A stretch of 63,005 nucleotides of DNA, counting the filler, from Octopus bimaculoides (lineage: Eukaryota): assembly GCF_001194135.2 (NCBI RefSeq). It is 5 parts of 5 records of this genome, joined end to end, with 100 filler letters (N's around TTAATTAATTAA, not from the genome) between each part and the next. Parts side by side here need not be neighbours in the genome. Positions count along the whole stretch, not along the records: positions 1 to 15,964 come from NC_068999.1; 4 more parts are not named here. One strand, given 5' to 3'. Shown piece after piece: positions 1-10,905 of this stretch; the first letter of the stretch is position 1, and each line of letters opens with the position of its first letter. The translations under genes and the position numbers were made by a program. Under the pieces are notes generated by a model. The model had not been told where the DNA came from and searched no databases. It saw only the letters and a list, made by a program, of their open reading frames with translations.

Positions 1-40
<40 letters not shown>

Positions 41-675
41 TACATAAAACAAATATATTGTATAAAATTATGTAACATTTAAGTATGTATAAATTAACAC
101 TATAGATTGTTACCTGTTGTAATAGATACACTTAATGATGTAGATGTAGAATTAACTTGTCATTATCAGTTAGTAGAGTTATGATGAACCAACAGTCTTT
201 GCTTCCCTCTCACAGAAATTTGTTTACTTGCTAATGGAAATTTTAAATAATGGGTTCCCTTAAGGTTCTAAGATGTTGATAATATTGCTAAGCATGAGCC
301 TCTGTTGACAAGTCAATATACAAAATGATGTTACCAAGGGATTCTTGTATAACAAAGTCTGTTTTTTGGTGGCAATGATTTCTTGTCTTCATCATCCTTG
401 GGGCTTTTGTTTTTATCCATCTGAACTTAATCCACAATTTTTTAACACATGATATCCAGAGTCACCCTCTATGTCTTAATGCCAGGTCCTAACATTATCT
501 CCTATGATATTTGTTTCATCTCCTCTCTGAATTATATGGTCAAATCAATTTCCACAAATCCTTCACAATCATATTTTACCACCACATTGTATCAACATTT
601 TGGTAGAGTGGTAGTTTTCAGTGCCTTCCATAAAACTGCTAAATTGAATACTAAAGACATAAGGTTGTTATTCTT

Positions 676-2150
676 CATCACCACCATCATTTAATACCAA
701 TTTTTCATGCTAGCATTGGTTGGATGGTTTGACAGGAGCTGGCCAGCTGGAGGGCTGCACCAGGCTCCAATTCTCTGTTTTGCCATGGTTTCTATAGCTG
801 GAAGCCCTGCCTTAGGCCAACTACTTTACAGAGTGTACTGGGTGTTTTTTATGTTGCACTAGCACAGATACTTTTTACTTGGTACCACCACCACTGGGGT
901 CGCCAAGTAGTTTGTAAGAATAAGACCTCTCAGCTGAGAGAGGGAGTGGAACCAAGAGAAGTGGCTGTGTACCAAGCAGAGTATATTAGGGGGACAGGAA
1001 TAGTTGTCTTACTATAGAGGAGATACTTGGCTACCCCTGTAGGAAAAAAAGGTGGGAAAGAGTTAGAGAGTAAAATAGAGAGATAAATTAAGAGAGAGAG
1101 AGAGATAGATGGTGTTGGAGATTGGGGCCTACCCACAGAGAACAATGGAGGGCAAGTATAAGTAGTGCCGAGGAGATAGAGGGCGATGTTCCAAAAGAGT
1201 GTGAGAGATGTTTAAAGATGGGGAAGACATGAATGCAGCAAGTGATGGTGAGAAATTGGAGAGGCTGGGAAGGGGGTATGGTAGATATGTGAAGGCATGG
1301 AGAGTGTGTCGATGGACACAATTGGGAGTTGAATAGAAGGTCCTGCTGGTGATGATGGGGGTGTTGGGAAGATGAATTGTAGGGGAATTTTGACAGAGAA
1401 CAGATTATGTGTGTGTGCGTGTGCATGTGTGGGGGGAAGAGGGTTATGGCTGTAAATGACACGCCTGCATGTATGGCTGGCCATGATTTCACTTAGCTTG
1501 ATATGTCTTCTCAAGCATAGCAAATTTCCAGAAGTCTCAGTCCCTTGTCATTTCCTCTGTGAGGCTCAACATCTGAAGATCGTTTCTTACCTTTCATCCC
1601 ACATCTTCCAGGGTCAACCTCTTCCACACGTTCCTCCGTAATTAGAGACCAGCACTTCTTTATGCAGCTGTCCTCATCTATACATATCACATGACAATAC
1701 CAGTACAGCCTTCTCTCTTGCACACTACATTTGATACTTCTTATACCCAATTTTTCTGTTAAATCATTTACACTCTGTTGTACATGTATACTGACATTAC
1801 CTATCTAACAGAGAATGTTGAACTTTGCCCAGCATGTTCTTATTCTAGCAACTACACTTTCAGAGTATCCTCCTCCACTGCTGTCCTGGTCGCCTAGGTA
1901 ATGGAAGCTATCTATTACTTATAAGGATTCCCCGCCAAACATTTCAGGAAGTCTATTTTCTGTACATTCCTAATGTTTATTGCACCTGCACATCTGCCAC
2001 ACACAAACACTACTTCCTCTATCTACCTTCCTTTGATATTACTGCACTTCTTATGTGTCCATAGCTTATACTTGTGTACACTGGATACACCATATGGAAT
2101 TTCTACCAACAATTTTTTTGCATATTGAGTAGGGCCATCTCCTTGGAGGG
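676..2150 (-). mobile_element. RTE-type LINE, degenerate 3' end (ORF2 C-terminus, 3' UTR, (ATG)n tail)
   Basis: Minus ORF 1511-1750 reads VQERRLYWYCHV...CIKKCWSL, like the RRLRWYGHV..GRPRKTW C-terminus of RTE ORF2. The 690-990 block matches the tail repeat at 31876-32106 and 62304-63005. Confidence 0.7.
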
Positions 2151-2414
2151 ATTAGTAGTTTAAGATGCATATAAGATGCACTCTTGCATAAGACGCACCA
2201 CTATTTTATAACTATATTTTGTGGAAAAGTCAAATTTAGTATGTTTTATCATACACATATTGAAAAATACTTCAAATTTGTTTTGTAAGGAAAAAATGAG
2301 TTTGTGCATGTAAATATGATGTTGTGACAGTATACTGGAATAAAGTATGAAGCCATAAATTTATAAACAATCCACATTATAAGAGTAATGTATTTCAACT
2401 TGATCTTCTTTCAG

Positions 2415-2789
2415 ATCAATTGTATAGTTGTTTACATTTTGGTCAAGAGAATTGCCATACAGGACGTCTTTTTGGCTATAATGCTTTATGTAACCATGTG
2501 CCAGTGATGTGTAAAACACACTCAGTATCTTCTGTGGAAGGGCTGGTGTTAGGAAGGGCATCCAGCTGTAGAAATCCAGCCAAAACAGACTGGAGCCTGG
2601 TCCAGCTCTCTGGTTTATCATCTCCAGTCAAACTGTCTAACCCATGTTAGCATGAAAAACAGATACTAAATGATGATGGAGAAGATGATTGGCTACCATC
2701 TTGGTGCATCATTGTTATGACTTTGTCATCTACTCAAAACAAGCAGCTGACAAGCTGATGAAAGTTTAAAATTTCTTTCATCTTTCTAG
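2415..2789 (+). pseudogene. Candidate decayed exon of a Calx-beta repeat (ADGRV1-like) gene, interrupted by a LINE tail
   Basis: Flanked by tttcag| and |gtaaat. Mixed-frame peptides VVYILVKR and DFVIYSKQAAD/ADES-FKISFI loosely fit a Calx-beta pattern. Stops and frameshifts are present. Confidence 0.25.
2498..2678 (+). mobile_element. RTE-type LINE 3' tail or tail-sharing SINE
   Basis: ttaggaagggcatccagctgtagaaa...ccatgttagcatgaaaa...aaatgatgatg, the same block as 12285 and 23690. Confidence 0.7.
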
Positions 2790-3659
2790 GTAAATTTTTT
2801 AATTATCTATCTATCTATCTATCTATATCTGTGTATGTACATATACACATTTATCTGTGTGTGTGTGTATATATATATATATATAAATGTGAGTGTGTAT
2901 GTATATGTATATCTATGTATGTATAGCTGATGAAGGAAAAGTTCCATAAGTGGCTCATCTGTTTTCCTATGTGTTCTTTCTGTTGTCTGTAAAAAAAAGT
3001 TCGTTTTTGTGCTTTATATTCCCGTTCATTTTCTGACGTCCTGTACCTGGATATGCATCTATATATACATGTAGGTGTAGGTATGTACATATATGTATGT
3101 ATACATGCATATGGTCATATATCATTTGTATTATATATATATATATAAAAAATTTTTTTTGGCTAATTTCTGATTTAAAATCGGCATTTGTGTATTTACT
3201 GCCGAATTAGGTAAACCGCAAATACGCGGTAAATTTGGAAAATTAGATATTCGAATATGAACCATGCTCACTATTTGACTTGTATCTCGAATGTTGTCTG
3301 GTCNNNNNNNNNNNNNNNNNNNNNNNNNNNNNNNNNNNNNNNNNNNNNNNNNNNNNNNNNNNNNNNNNNNNNNNNNNNNNNNNNNNNNNNNNNNNNNNNN
3401 NNNNNNNNNNNNNNNNNNNNNNNNNNNNNNNNNNNNNNNNNNNNNNNNNNNNNNNNNNNNNNNNNNNNNNNNNNNNNNNNNNNNNNNNNNNNNNNNNNNN
3501 NNNNNNNNNNNNNNNNNNNNNNNNNNNNNNNNNNNNNNNNNNNNNNNNNNNNNNNNNNNNNNNNNNNNNNNNNNNNNNNNNNNNNNNNNNNNNNNTATAT
3601 ATATATATATGCATACAGAAATCTCTCTCTATCACTACCATCAGTTGAATGCGTATTTG

Positions 3660-4180
3660 CTTCATCACAAGTCATCGAGTCTTCTGCAGTACAGGGTATT
3701 GCAAATCAATATGGTCCCTTGTCATTGCGATGAGATGCAGCATGTTCAGGTCAGCCATTTCCACTTCATCCCATGTCTTCCTTGGTCTCCTTCTTCCACA
3801 GTTTCCATTAATGTGGAATATATAGCACTTCTGCTTACAGCAATCATTCCCCCCACTCCCCCACTAGACATCGTGTGCCCATGTGAATGCAGCCTTTACT
3901 CTTGCTTACTACATATAATTGCCTTCGTCTCAGCTTATTTGTCATTTGGAATTCATGTATACTGACATTAAGCATCCAAACACATATAGACTTTACTGAG
4001 ATACATAGATATTTACTGAGAGAGAATGCTTTGTTGCCAGCAAATATAAAAACTCCTTTAACTTTTTCCAATCAGTTCTTACTATACTTTCAGAACAAGC
4101 ACCTCCACTGCTAATTATGTTACTTAGGTAGCAGAAGTCATCAAGCATTTCTAGTGAACTAGTTGAGCATTTAAGACAAA
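3660..4180 (-). mobile_element. RTE-type LINE ORF2 C-terminal relic
   Basis: ccacttcatcccatgtcttccttggtctcc encodes GRPRKTWDEV-like on the minus strand; similar to 1480-2000. Confidence 0.6.
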
Positions 4181-4254
4181 ACACTTACAATGTACCAAGA
4201 GGTTTACAAACAAATAAATGAATGTGTAAAAGAGTAAAAACAGTTAAATATATT

Positions 4255-4418
4255 GGGTGCAGGCATGGCTGTGTGGTAAGAAGTTTGCTTCCCAACCACA
4301 TGGTTCCGAGTTCAGTCCCACTGCACGGCACCTTTGGCAAGTGTCTTCTACTATAGCCTTGGGCTAACCAAAACCCTCTGAGTGGATTTGTTAGATGGAA
4401 AGTGATAGAAAACCATTG

Positions 4419-4420
<2 letters not shown>
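4255..4420 (+). mobile_element. tRNA-derived SINE, family A (CpG-decayed copy)
   Basis: A-box-like TGGCTGTGTGGT and B-box-like GAGTTCAGTCC; homologous to 38054-38220. Confidence 0.8.
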
Positions 4421-4474
<54 letters not shown>

Positions 4475-4531
4475 CACACACACATATATATATACACACA
4501 TACATATATATATATACATACATATATATAA

Positions 4532-5558
4532 TAGTATTTTATAAGTTTAAAGCTTATAGCGACCACCACACAATGACTAAGGAAAATAATCTAATAATGA
4601 GGCATATAAGCCCTCAACAGAAGAAAAGTTTTCCCGTATGCTTAGGACTTGAACCCATATCCCTTTGTTTATGCAACGAAGCGTGTTACTGATTACACTA
4701 GCGAACTAATCTGCTTTCTCCTGTCAAATTTAAGAACTATATTAGTTTGTGGTTGTTTTTGTAAACAAATTTTCATGTGCTTTCACTGTGAATGGTTTTG
4801 TTAAGCAGTGTCAAGTTTTACAATTCTGTAAATAATAACAGTATTTTATAAGCTTAAACCTTATAGTGATTACCATGCAATGACTAAGGAAAATAGTCTA
4901 ATAATGGGGCATATATGCCCTCGACAGAAATTCTTAAATTTGACAGGAAAAAGCCCTCATCAGAAGTTCTTAAATTTCACAGGAAAAAACAGGTTAGTTT
5001 GCTGGTGTAATTGGTAACACACTTAGTTGCGTAAACATAGGGATGTGGGTTTGAGTCCCACCTGTAAGGAAAAACTTACTTTTTTCTGTCGAGGGCTTAT
5101 ACACCCCATTATAAAACTATTTTCCTTAGTCACTGCACAGTGATCATTATAAACTTTAAGCTTATAAAATACTATTATTATTATTTACAAAATTGTAAAC
5201 TTGACACTGCTTAACAAAACCAAGCACATGAAAGCTTGTTTACAAAAACAATTACAAACTAATGTAGTTCTTAAATTTGATGGGAAAAAGCAGCTTAGTT
5301 TGTTGGTGTAATCGGTATCATCGGTAGCACATTTAGTCACATAAACAAAGGGATGTGGGTTTGAGTCCCATGCATATGGTAAAATCTACTTTTTCTGTTG
5401 AGGGCTTATATGCCCCAGTATTAGACTATTTTCATTAGTCATTGTGTGGTGATAGCTATAAGCATTAAGCTTATAAAATACTATTATTATTTACAGAATT
5501 GTAAAACTTGACACTGCTTAACAAAACCATTTACAGTGAAAGCACATAAAAGTTTGTT
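4532..5558. repeat. Fold-back array of a ~308-bp unit containing a tRNA-like segment
   Basis: agtattttataag recurs at 4533 and 4840. Reverse-complement units run 4966-5558. tRNA-like segments lie at 4641-4709 (-), 4994-5062 (+) and 5295-5375 (+). Confidence 0.85.
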
Positions 5559-5597
<39 letters not shown>

Positions 5598-5794
5598 TGT
5601 GGTATTTCGTGATGGTCTTTTTTTTTTTGCCAAATAAACACACACACATTATATATTGGCAAAAAAAAAAAAAGAAAGAAAAATGACCATCCTGAAGTAC
5701 AGCAATATCTGTTTCAACACATGATTTCACATTAGGAATCTTGCAACACAAATTGATAAATGTGTATGTGTGCCTTTGTGTCTGTGTTTGCACC

Positions 5795-5985
5795 CCACTT
5801 CTGTCACCACTTGGCAACAAAGATTTGTATGTTTACATCCCTGAAACTAAACGGTTTGGCAAAAGAGATCGATAGAATAAGTACCAGGCTTAAAAAATAA
5901 GTCCTGGTGTCAATTTGTTTGATTAAAACTCTTCAAAGTGGTGCTCCAGCATGGCCGCAGGCAAATGACTGAAACAAATGAATAA
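5795..5985 (+). mobile_element. SINE 3' body, family C
   Basis: ggcaaaagagatcgatagaataagtacc...gtggtgctccagcatggccgcag...gactgaaacaa; homologous to 38545-38740. Confidence 0.8.
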
Positions 5986-6069
5986 ACAAATACCTATATA
6001 TACATGAGTGTGTGTGTGTATGTACATATATGTCACACAAAGCCAAATTGAATAAAATATATTTGTGTA

Positions 6070-6325
6070 AAGGTGTATTTCACACATTTAAGTTCGTTCA
6101 GATGAGACAAGACCTTCCACTGTGGAAATAATCGCAAGAAAAAGTTCTCCTAGGTATGTGTGAAAACACATTGGGCTGGCTATGAATGTCATTAGCCCTT
6201 TCTTTCATACTTTAATCCCTCATCTTCAAGCATAAAGCCACCTCTTTGGGATTTCTAGTCTTGAAAATTGCACAGTGCAATCAGTAGTGCTGACAGCACA
6301 GAATAGCACCCAGTACTTGACGTAA
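6070..6325 (+). pseudogene. Candidate decayed Calx-beta-like exon
   Basis: Frame pieces MRQDLP...EKVLLGMCENTLG and SHLFGISSLENCTVQSVVLTAQNSTQYLT, with internal stops. Confidence 0.3.
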
Positions 6326-6724
6326 AGTGGTTAGCATTAGGAATGGCATCCAGCAATAGAAACCATTGGATCATGTCAAATTCCAACTTATGCCGGCAAA
6401 GACCAGGAATGTTAAATGGTGTGTGTGCGTGTGCATATTGGAAAATGAAATAATAAAGAAATAAACAATTATCATATGAACTTCATTAGCTTATAGCTGT
6501 TTCTGCTATAACATACAGTGGTCTTGTAGTTTATATTTTATTCAGTATCATTGCAAGGTCACATGAAACTCTCCCTTTGGTAATTGAGCACTATTTTCCC
6601 AACCTGGTTTGGATTTATGTGCTTATTTGTGTGGGTGGGGTGAGGGCATATGTGTATAAGCTAATATTTAAGTGTTAGGAATATACCTAGTGGTACGCTG
6701 TTAAAGCTTGTTCATTGTCTATAG

Positions 6725-6940
6725 TTACCTGGTGTCACTGATGGTAATTACACAATTGTTGCTGGATCTACCTCAGTGTATGTTGGGTATAAAACAAATG
6801 ATACAGATGGAAAATGGAATACACGGGAAACTTTATTGCTCACAACAATCATTTCAACACATCCTGCATCGATCCCTTGCAGGTGGAAATCTATACATCT
6901 TAGTTATGGTGCATCCCTCAGAGCAGAAGTGTCTCATCAG
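6725..6940 (+). pseudogene. Candidate Calx-beta-like exon
   Basis: atag| ... |gtgac boundaries. An open frame reads LPGVTDGNYTIVAGSTSVYVGYKTNDTDGKWNTRETLLL, resembling the G-x-L-T-F-x-x-G-E-T-x-x-x-V-x-I-x-I-x-D-D strand of Calx-beta repeats. Confidence 0.35.
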
Positions 6941-6974
6941 GTGACATAATAAGAGGTGTCTCGTTAAGTGAACT

Positions 6975-8417
6975 TTGTTTCGCATGGATTTAATACAGCA
7001 TGTTGTAAGTGTCCAATATTATAAGACTACCAATAGTAATATTCTCCGGAAAGCTAACCTGGAAGCTAAAGAAATTATGATCAAATTTAATCTGCAAGAT
7101 AGGACTGAACATTTGGACCCTAAACAACCTCACTTTGTTCTTAAGGACCATAAAAAAAATTTTTGGTCCAACCCTTCTCTATGTCTTATTTGTCCCTCTA
7201 GGTCAGACATAGGCATTCTCAGTAAAAACATTCTGGACAAATACATACCCACAATAATAGATAAGTTAAAACTAAGACGATGGTCAAATTCTTCTCAAGT
7301 AATAGAATGGTTTAATTCAATTAAAGACAAGTTTATAAAGTTTGACATTTCTAGTTTCTACTCTTCTATTAACCCTATTATCCTTAACAAGGCACTTTGG
7401 TACGCACATAATAAGGCAGGTCTTTCTAGGGAAGAAATTAGTGTAATATTAGTGGCTCGTAAATCAATCATAAAATTTAACAATAAGCTATGGATCCGTA
7501 AGGATACTCCGGAGGCTTTTGATGTTCCTATGGGAAGCTCGGATTCGGCTCAAATAGCTGATGTAGGTTGTTCGTATATATTATATGAAATGGCAGACCA
7601 GTTCACTAACATAAATAGAGGTCTATACAGGGACGATTGTCTGCTATACCGCCATAATGCCTCTGCCCAGTGTATACAAAAGGTTAAAAATAGGTTAGCT
7701 AGATTCTTCCGGAGAATGGGTTTTGGCATCGTTTTTGAGGATGAGGTCTCTGTAGCAAACTTTCAAAATGTAACTTTAGACTTACATAGTAATACACACA
7801 TTCCTTTCCATAAACCATCAACTAATCTCAAGTACATAAGCCCTTTTAGTAACCATCCAAGGCATATAACTAGTAATTTGGTTAAGAGTATCTCAATAAG
7901 ACTTTCTAAACTTTCCTCTAACTCCCACATTTTCAATAAGGAGGCTGACTTTTATAATTCAGCCTTATTGAAAGCAGGTTATAAAGACAAGGTAAGATAC
8001 ATCAACTCTTTTAGTGATCTTTCATCTTTTGCACAGCATGATATCCCCTCTACTAGCGGGGATAAACCCATTTCTATTTCTTCTCATTCTTCTCACTTTA
8101 CTGAGAAAGTGGCACATGCTTATAATCATTCACATAAGGGAGGAGGCCTAACTGGCTCTGAACACCTTAATAAAAACAAAAAACTTAATTTATTCAACTA
8201 CACTAACACTGTAACTAGATCTGATGATAATATCTGGCTCATCCACCCGTTCGGGAAACAAGTTAAATCCAATTTGGTCTGGCAGTTCCAAGACGCGGTG
8301 AATAGGAACTTTCCTAGGGGTTCTCACTATTACCCAATAATCAACACACATAAGGTTAGATATGGGTTTTCTAATACTAAAAATTTGTTACAGATAATAT
8401 CTTCCCATAATTTTTGA
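6975..8417 (+). CDS. PLE reverse transcriptase (RT core and thumb), probably inactivated
   Basis: 480-aa ORF with LKDHKKNF..P..LICPSRSDIGILSKNILD, KFDISSFYSSI, VPMGSSDSAQIAD, GLYRDDCL (YRDD at 7626-7637) and FHKPSTNLKYISPFSNHP. Confidence 0.9.
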   Translation: MFRMDLIQHVVSVQYYKTTNSNILRKANLEAKEIMIKFNLQDRTEHLDPKQPHFVLKDHKKNFWSNPSLCLICPSRSDIGILSKNILDKYIPTIIDKLKLRRWSNSSQVIEWFNSIKDKFIKFDISSFYSSINPIILNKALWYAHNKAGLSREEISVILVARKSIIKFNNKLWIRKDTPEAFDVPMGSSDSAQIADVGCSYILYEMADQFTNINRGLYRDDCLLYRHNASAQCIQKVKNRLARFFRRMGFGIVFEDEVSVANFQNVTLDLHSNTHIPFHKPSTNLKYISPFSNHPRHITSNLVKSISIRLSKLSSNSHIFNKEADFYNSALLKAGYKDKVRYINSFSDLSSFAQHDIPSTSGDKPISISSHSSHFTEKVAHAYNHSHKGGGLTGSEHLNKNKKLNLFNYTNTVTRSDDNIWLIHPFGKQVKSNLVWQFQDAVNRNFPRGSHYYPIINTHKVRYGFSNTKNLLQIISSHNF

Positions 8418-9032
8418 CTTTTAGATTCATCTCTAGTCAGCCATCCTAATTATGTTGATAATAATAGTAATGTTTATAACATTAATAATAATAATTACTC
8501 CAGTAATTTAACACACTCATATAATGGCAATAGTCATTTAGGCAAAAATATAGGTAATAAGTACAATATTAGTAAATATAACAATCTCTGTAACAACAAT
8601 AAGATTAGTATCTCGGAATCTAATTCTAATAGAATTAAATTTTTAAGTCCGAATGCCAAGACCAAGAATGTGGTTTATCAATGTGAGGTAATGACTAACA
8701 CAGACGTCTCGTATTATGTAGGTAGCTCCTCGACGCAGGTCTCCAAGAGAATTTCCAATCATTATTCTTCTTTTAGGGATAGGAATAGAGTTAATAGTAC
8801 TAGCCTAAGTAAATTAATCTGGAAACAGAAAGATTGCAATAAACAATTCTCTTTGGAATGGTCAATCCTGGCCATCTCAATTCCCTACAACAAAGGTAAG
8901 GATTTTTGTCCTCTTTCTAACTTGGAGCTTTTCCATATTCTGTTCTCCAACAATTGTCTAGTAAACCAGATAACACAGAGAGCGTATCAATGCCAGCATT
9001 GGAGGAAACACACCTTCATTTCTTATCGTTAG
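8418..9032 (+). CDS. Asn-rich linker plus GIY-YIG endonuclease of the same PLE, in frame with RT after one TGA
   Basis: I read no stop between 8418 and 9029. Motifs NVVYQC..YYVGSS..KRISNHYSSF..TSLSKLIW..LEWSIL..CPLSNLE..LVN..CQH. Confidence 0.85.
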   Translation, partial: LLDSSLVSHPNYVDNNSNVYNINNNNYSSNLTHSYNGNSHLGKNIGNKYNISKYNNLCNNNKISISESNSNRIKFLSPNAKTKNVVYQCEVMTNTDVSYYVGSSSTQVSKRISNHYSSFRDRNRVNSTSLSKLIWKQKDCNKQFSLEWSILAISIPYNKGKDFCPLSNLELFHILFSNNCLVNQITQRAYQCQHWRKHTFISYR

Positions 9033-9868
9033 TTTCATCCTTCTTACTAGTTTTAGTTTTTAGTTATTATTATTCTTATTTTTTCACCTTGACATTCTCT
9101 CTGGTGGACGTCCGCCTTACAAGTGGTATGGACATTCAACCAGATTAGTATCTACCTTTAACTTGAGACAATACCAATTATAGTAATAATGATAATATTT
9201 AATTTATTTTTAAATTTATTATAACAATAATAGTAACAATAACAGGAATAATATCATTTAATATTATCTTAAATAATATTTATATCTGTCTCCATCGCCA
9301 GCTGTTTTTACTTTTTTTCCCCTTCTATAGTTGGTTCACTAAATTCTTCCCAGTAATGCTACATTAGTTGAGTTTGAACCATAATCGTAACTTTAATTAA
9401 ATATTTCTGATCTTGTCCTTGTAAGCATGTATATTATTAATATTTCATAACAAGATATTTTGTACCTTGTATTACCATTTATTTGGGTTAATATCCGTAT
9501 CTTAATATAATACAATGCTATGGATGTTTTATTTATTATATTCACAATCTTCGCTTAGTTCTAACTCAGTATAATAATTTGTTTACATAAGGAGAAATAA
9601 TTATATATGATGAATTCATTGGATTCTCTCCCTTCCTCCTTCTCTCATTTTAGTTTCCCATTTTTTTAAACTTTTGATTTTTGGATTTTCCTGTGGTCCA
9701 TTATGCCTTCCTCTAATTTAAACTTTTAGTATAGCATTCACAGCCTCTCTCCCTTAATAACTCTCTGTAAACCAGCGTTCTTGTTTCTAACGGTCATTTA
9801 CATAGCTATATAATGTTATAACTCGTACGTTACCTTAACATTTAGCATATGTCTTGCTTTTGTATGTT

Positions 9869-9959
9869 GGTTCCCTGACAATGAATATATGTGCAATTCC
9901 AGTACCTCTTACTTCTTTGGAGTAGAGTGCACATATATTTTGAAACATATGTAGGAATT
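9869..9959 (+). ncRNA. Type I hammerhead ribozyme-like motif with long stem II (CpG-decayed core)
   Basis: TTCC-CTGACAA-TG-AATATATGTGCA...TGCACATATATT-TT-GAA-ACATATGT-A-GGAA: stem I TTCC/GGAA, 12-bp stem II, palindromic stem III. Core has A in place of G8. Confidence 0.65.
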
Positions 9960-10162
9960 AAAGGAACTTATTGTTTATATGCGTTTTGCTCCATTTATTA
10001 TTATTCTTCATATCTACTCAAAATACATCACTTTAACTTGGTATTTCTACCTATTAAATGGGTGTGATATCCCAGTTTTTGTGTGATTTTTGCTACCCAT
10101 GGTAACTATTAAGATATTTACATTATCAAAGTTTTTTCAACCGAGATAATATTAATATATAC

Positions 10163-10214
<52 letters not shown>

Positions 10215-10236
10215 TGTACATACATACATGCATATA

Positions 10237-10905
10237 GGAGAGGGTACCCAAAAGGAACTGGAATTTTGTAATATCATTTTATTCACTTAGTTTTAAATGT
10301 GTACTATTTTATTGCCTTCAAAGTATTCTCCATTTGAAACAATGCATTGATCCAGGAGGGTTTTCCAAGATTTGAAGCAGTGCTGGAACTCTTGCAAAGT
10401 GATGTCTTTTAACACCTCCGTCATTTTTTTCTTCCCCATCTGCAAAATTCCATAGCACCAGCTTTCATCACCAGTAATGACCTTCAAAAAAGGTTTGGTT
10501 CAATTTCCACCTATTCTTTCAGTTCACAACATGCATTCAGTCATGACTGCTTTTGATCTTCCATGACCAAGCAAGGAACAAATTTTGCTGCAACTGTTTT
10601 CATTCCCAATTCCTTGCTCAAAATTTGTTGGCAGGAGCTCTTGGACAGACCAGTCATATCAATAAGTTTGTTAATTATTCAGTGACAGTCCTCCAAGATC
10701 AGTTCATGAATTTTCTTGGAAGTTGACAGTCGTCCTGAATGAGGTTGGTCTTCAAGCGACAAGTTAGAATTCCTAAAGCGTGGAAAGCACTCATACTTGT
10801 GTTTTGCTCATGGCAGCATCATTGTAAACTGTTTGAAGCATGACAACTGTTTTGAAGTGGCTTAGTCCCAAAGAATGTTTCTAGTTACTTTTGTGTACTC
10901 TCTTG
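10237..10905 (-). mobile_element. Internally deleted mariner with degenerate TIRs and TA flanks
   Basis: Minus peptides KVITGDESWCYG and EFQHCFKSWKTLLDQCIVSNGEYFEG. Ends gagagggtacccaaaaggaactggaa and ttctagttacttttgtgtactctcttg are approximate inverses. Confidence 0.75.

Larger units (their letters stand above)
6945..10150 (+). mobile_element. Penelope-like retroelement (YRDD-type, probably Nematis-like), 5'-truncated, near intact
   Basis: RT frame, then in-frame GIY-YIG, then a ~1.1 kb AT-rich 3' region containing an HHR-like fold. Clade assignment is from remembered motifs. Confidence 0.85.

Noticed and set aside
6708-6944. ORF 6708-6944 as the PLE N-terminus (same frame as RT)
   Set aside because: It has no PLE-like motifs, and a different frame of the same DNA fits the Calx-beta-like pattern better; the frame match is likely coincidence.
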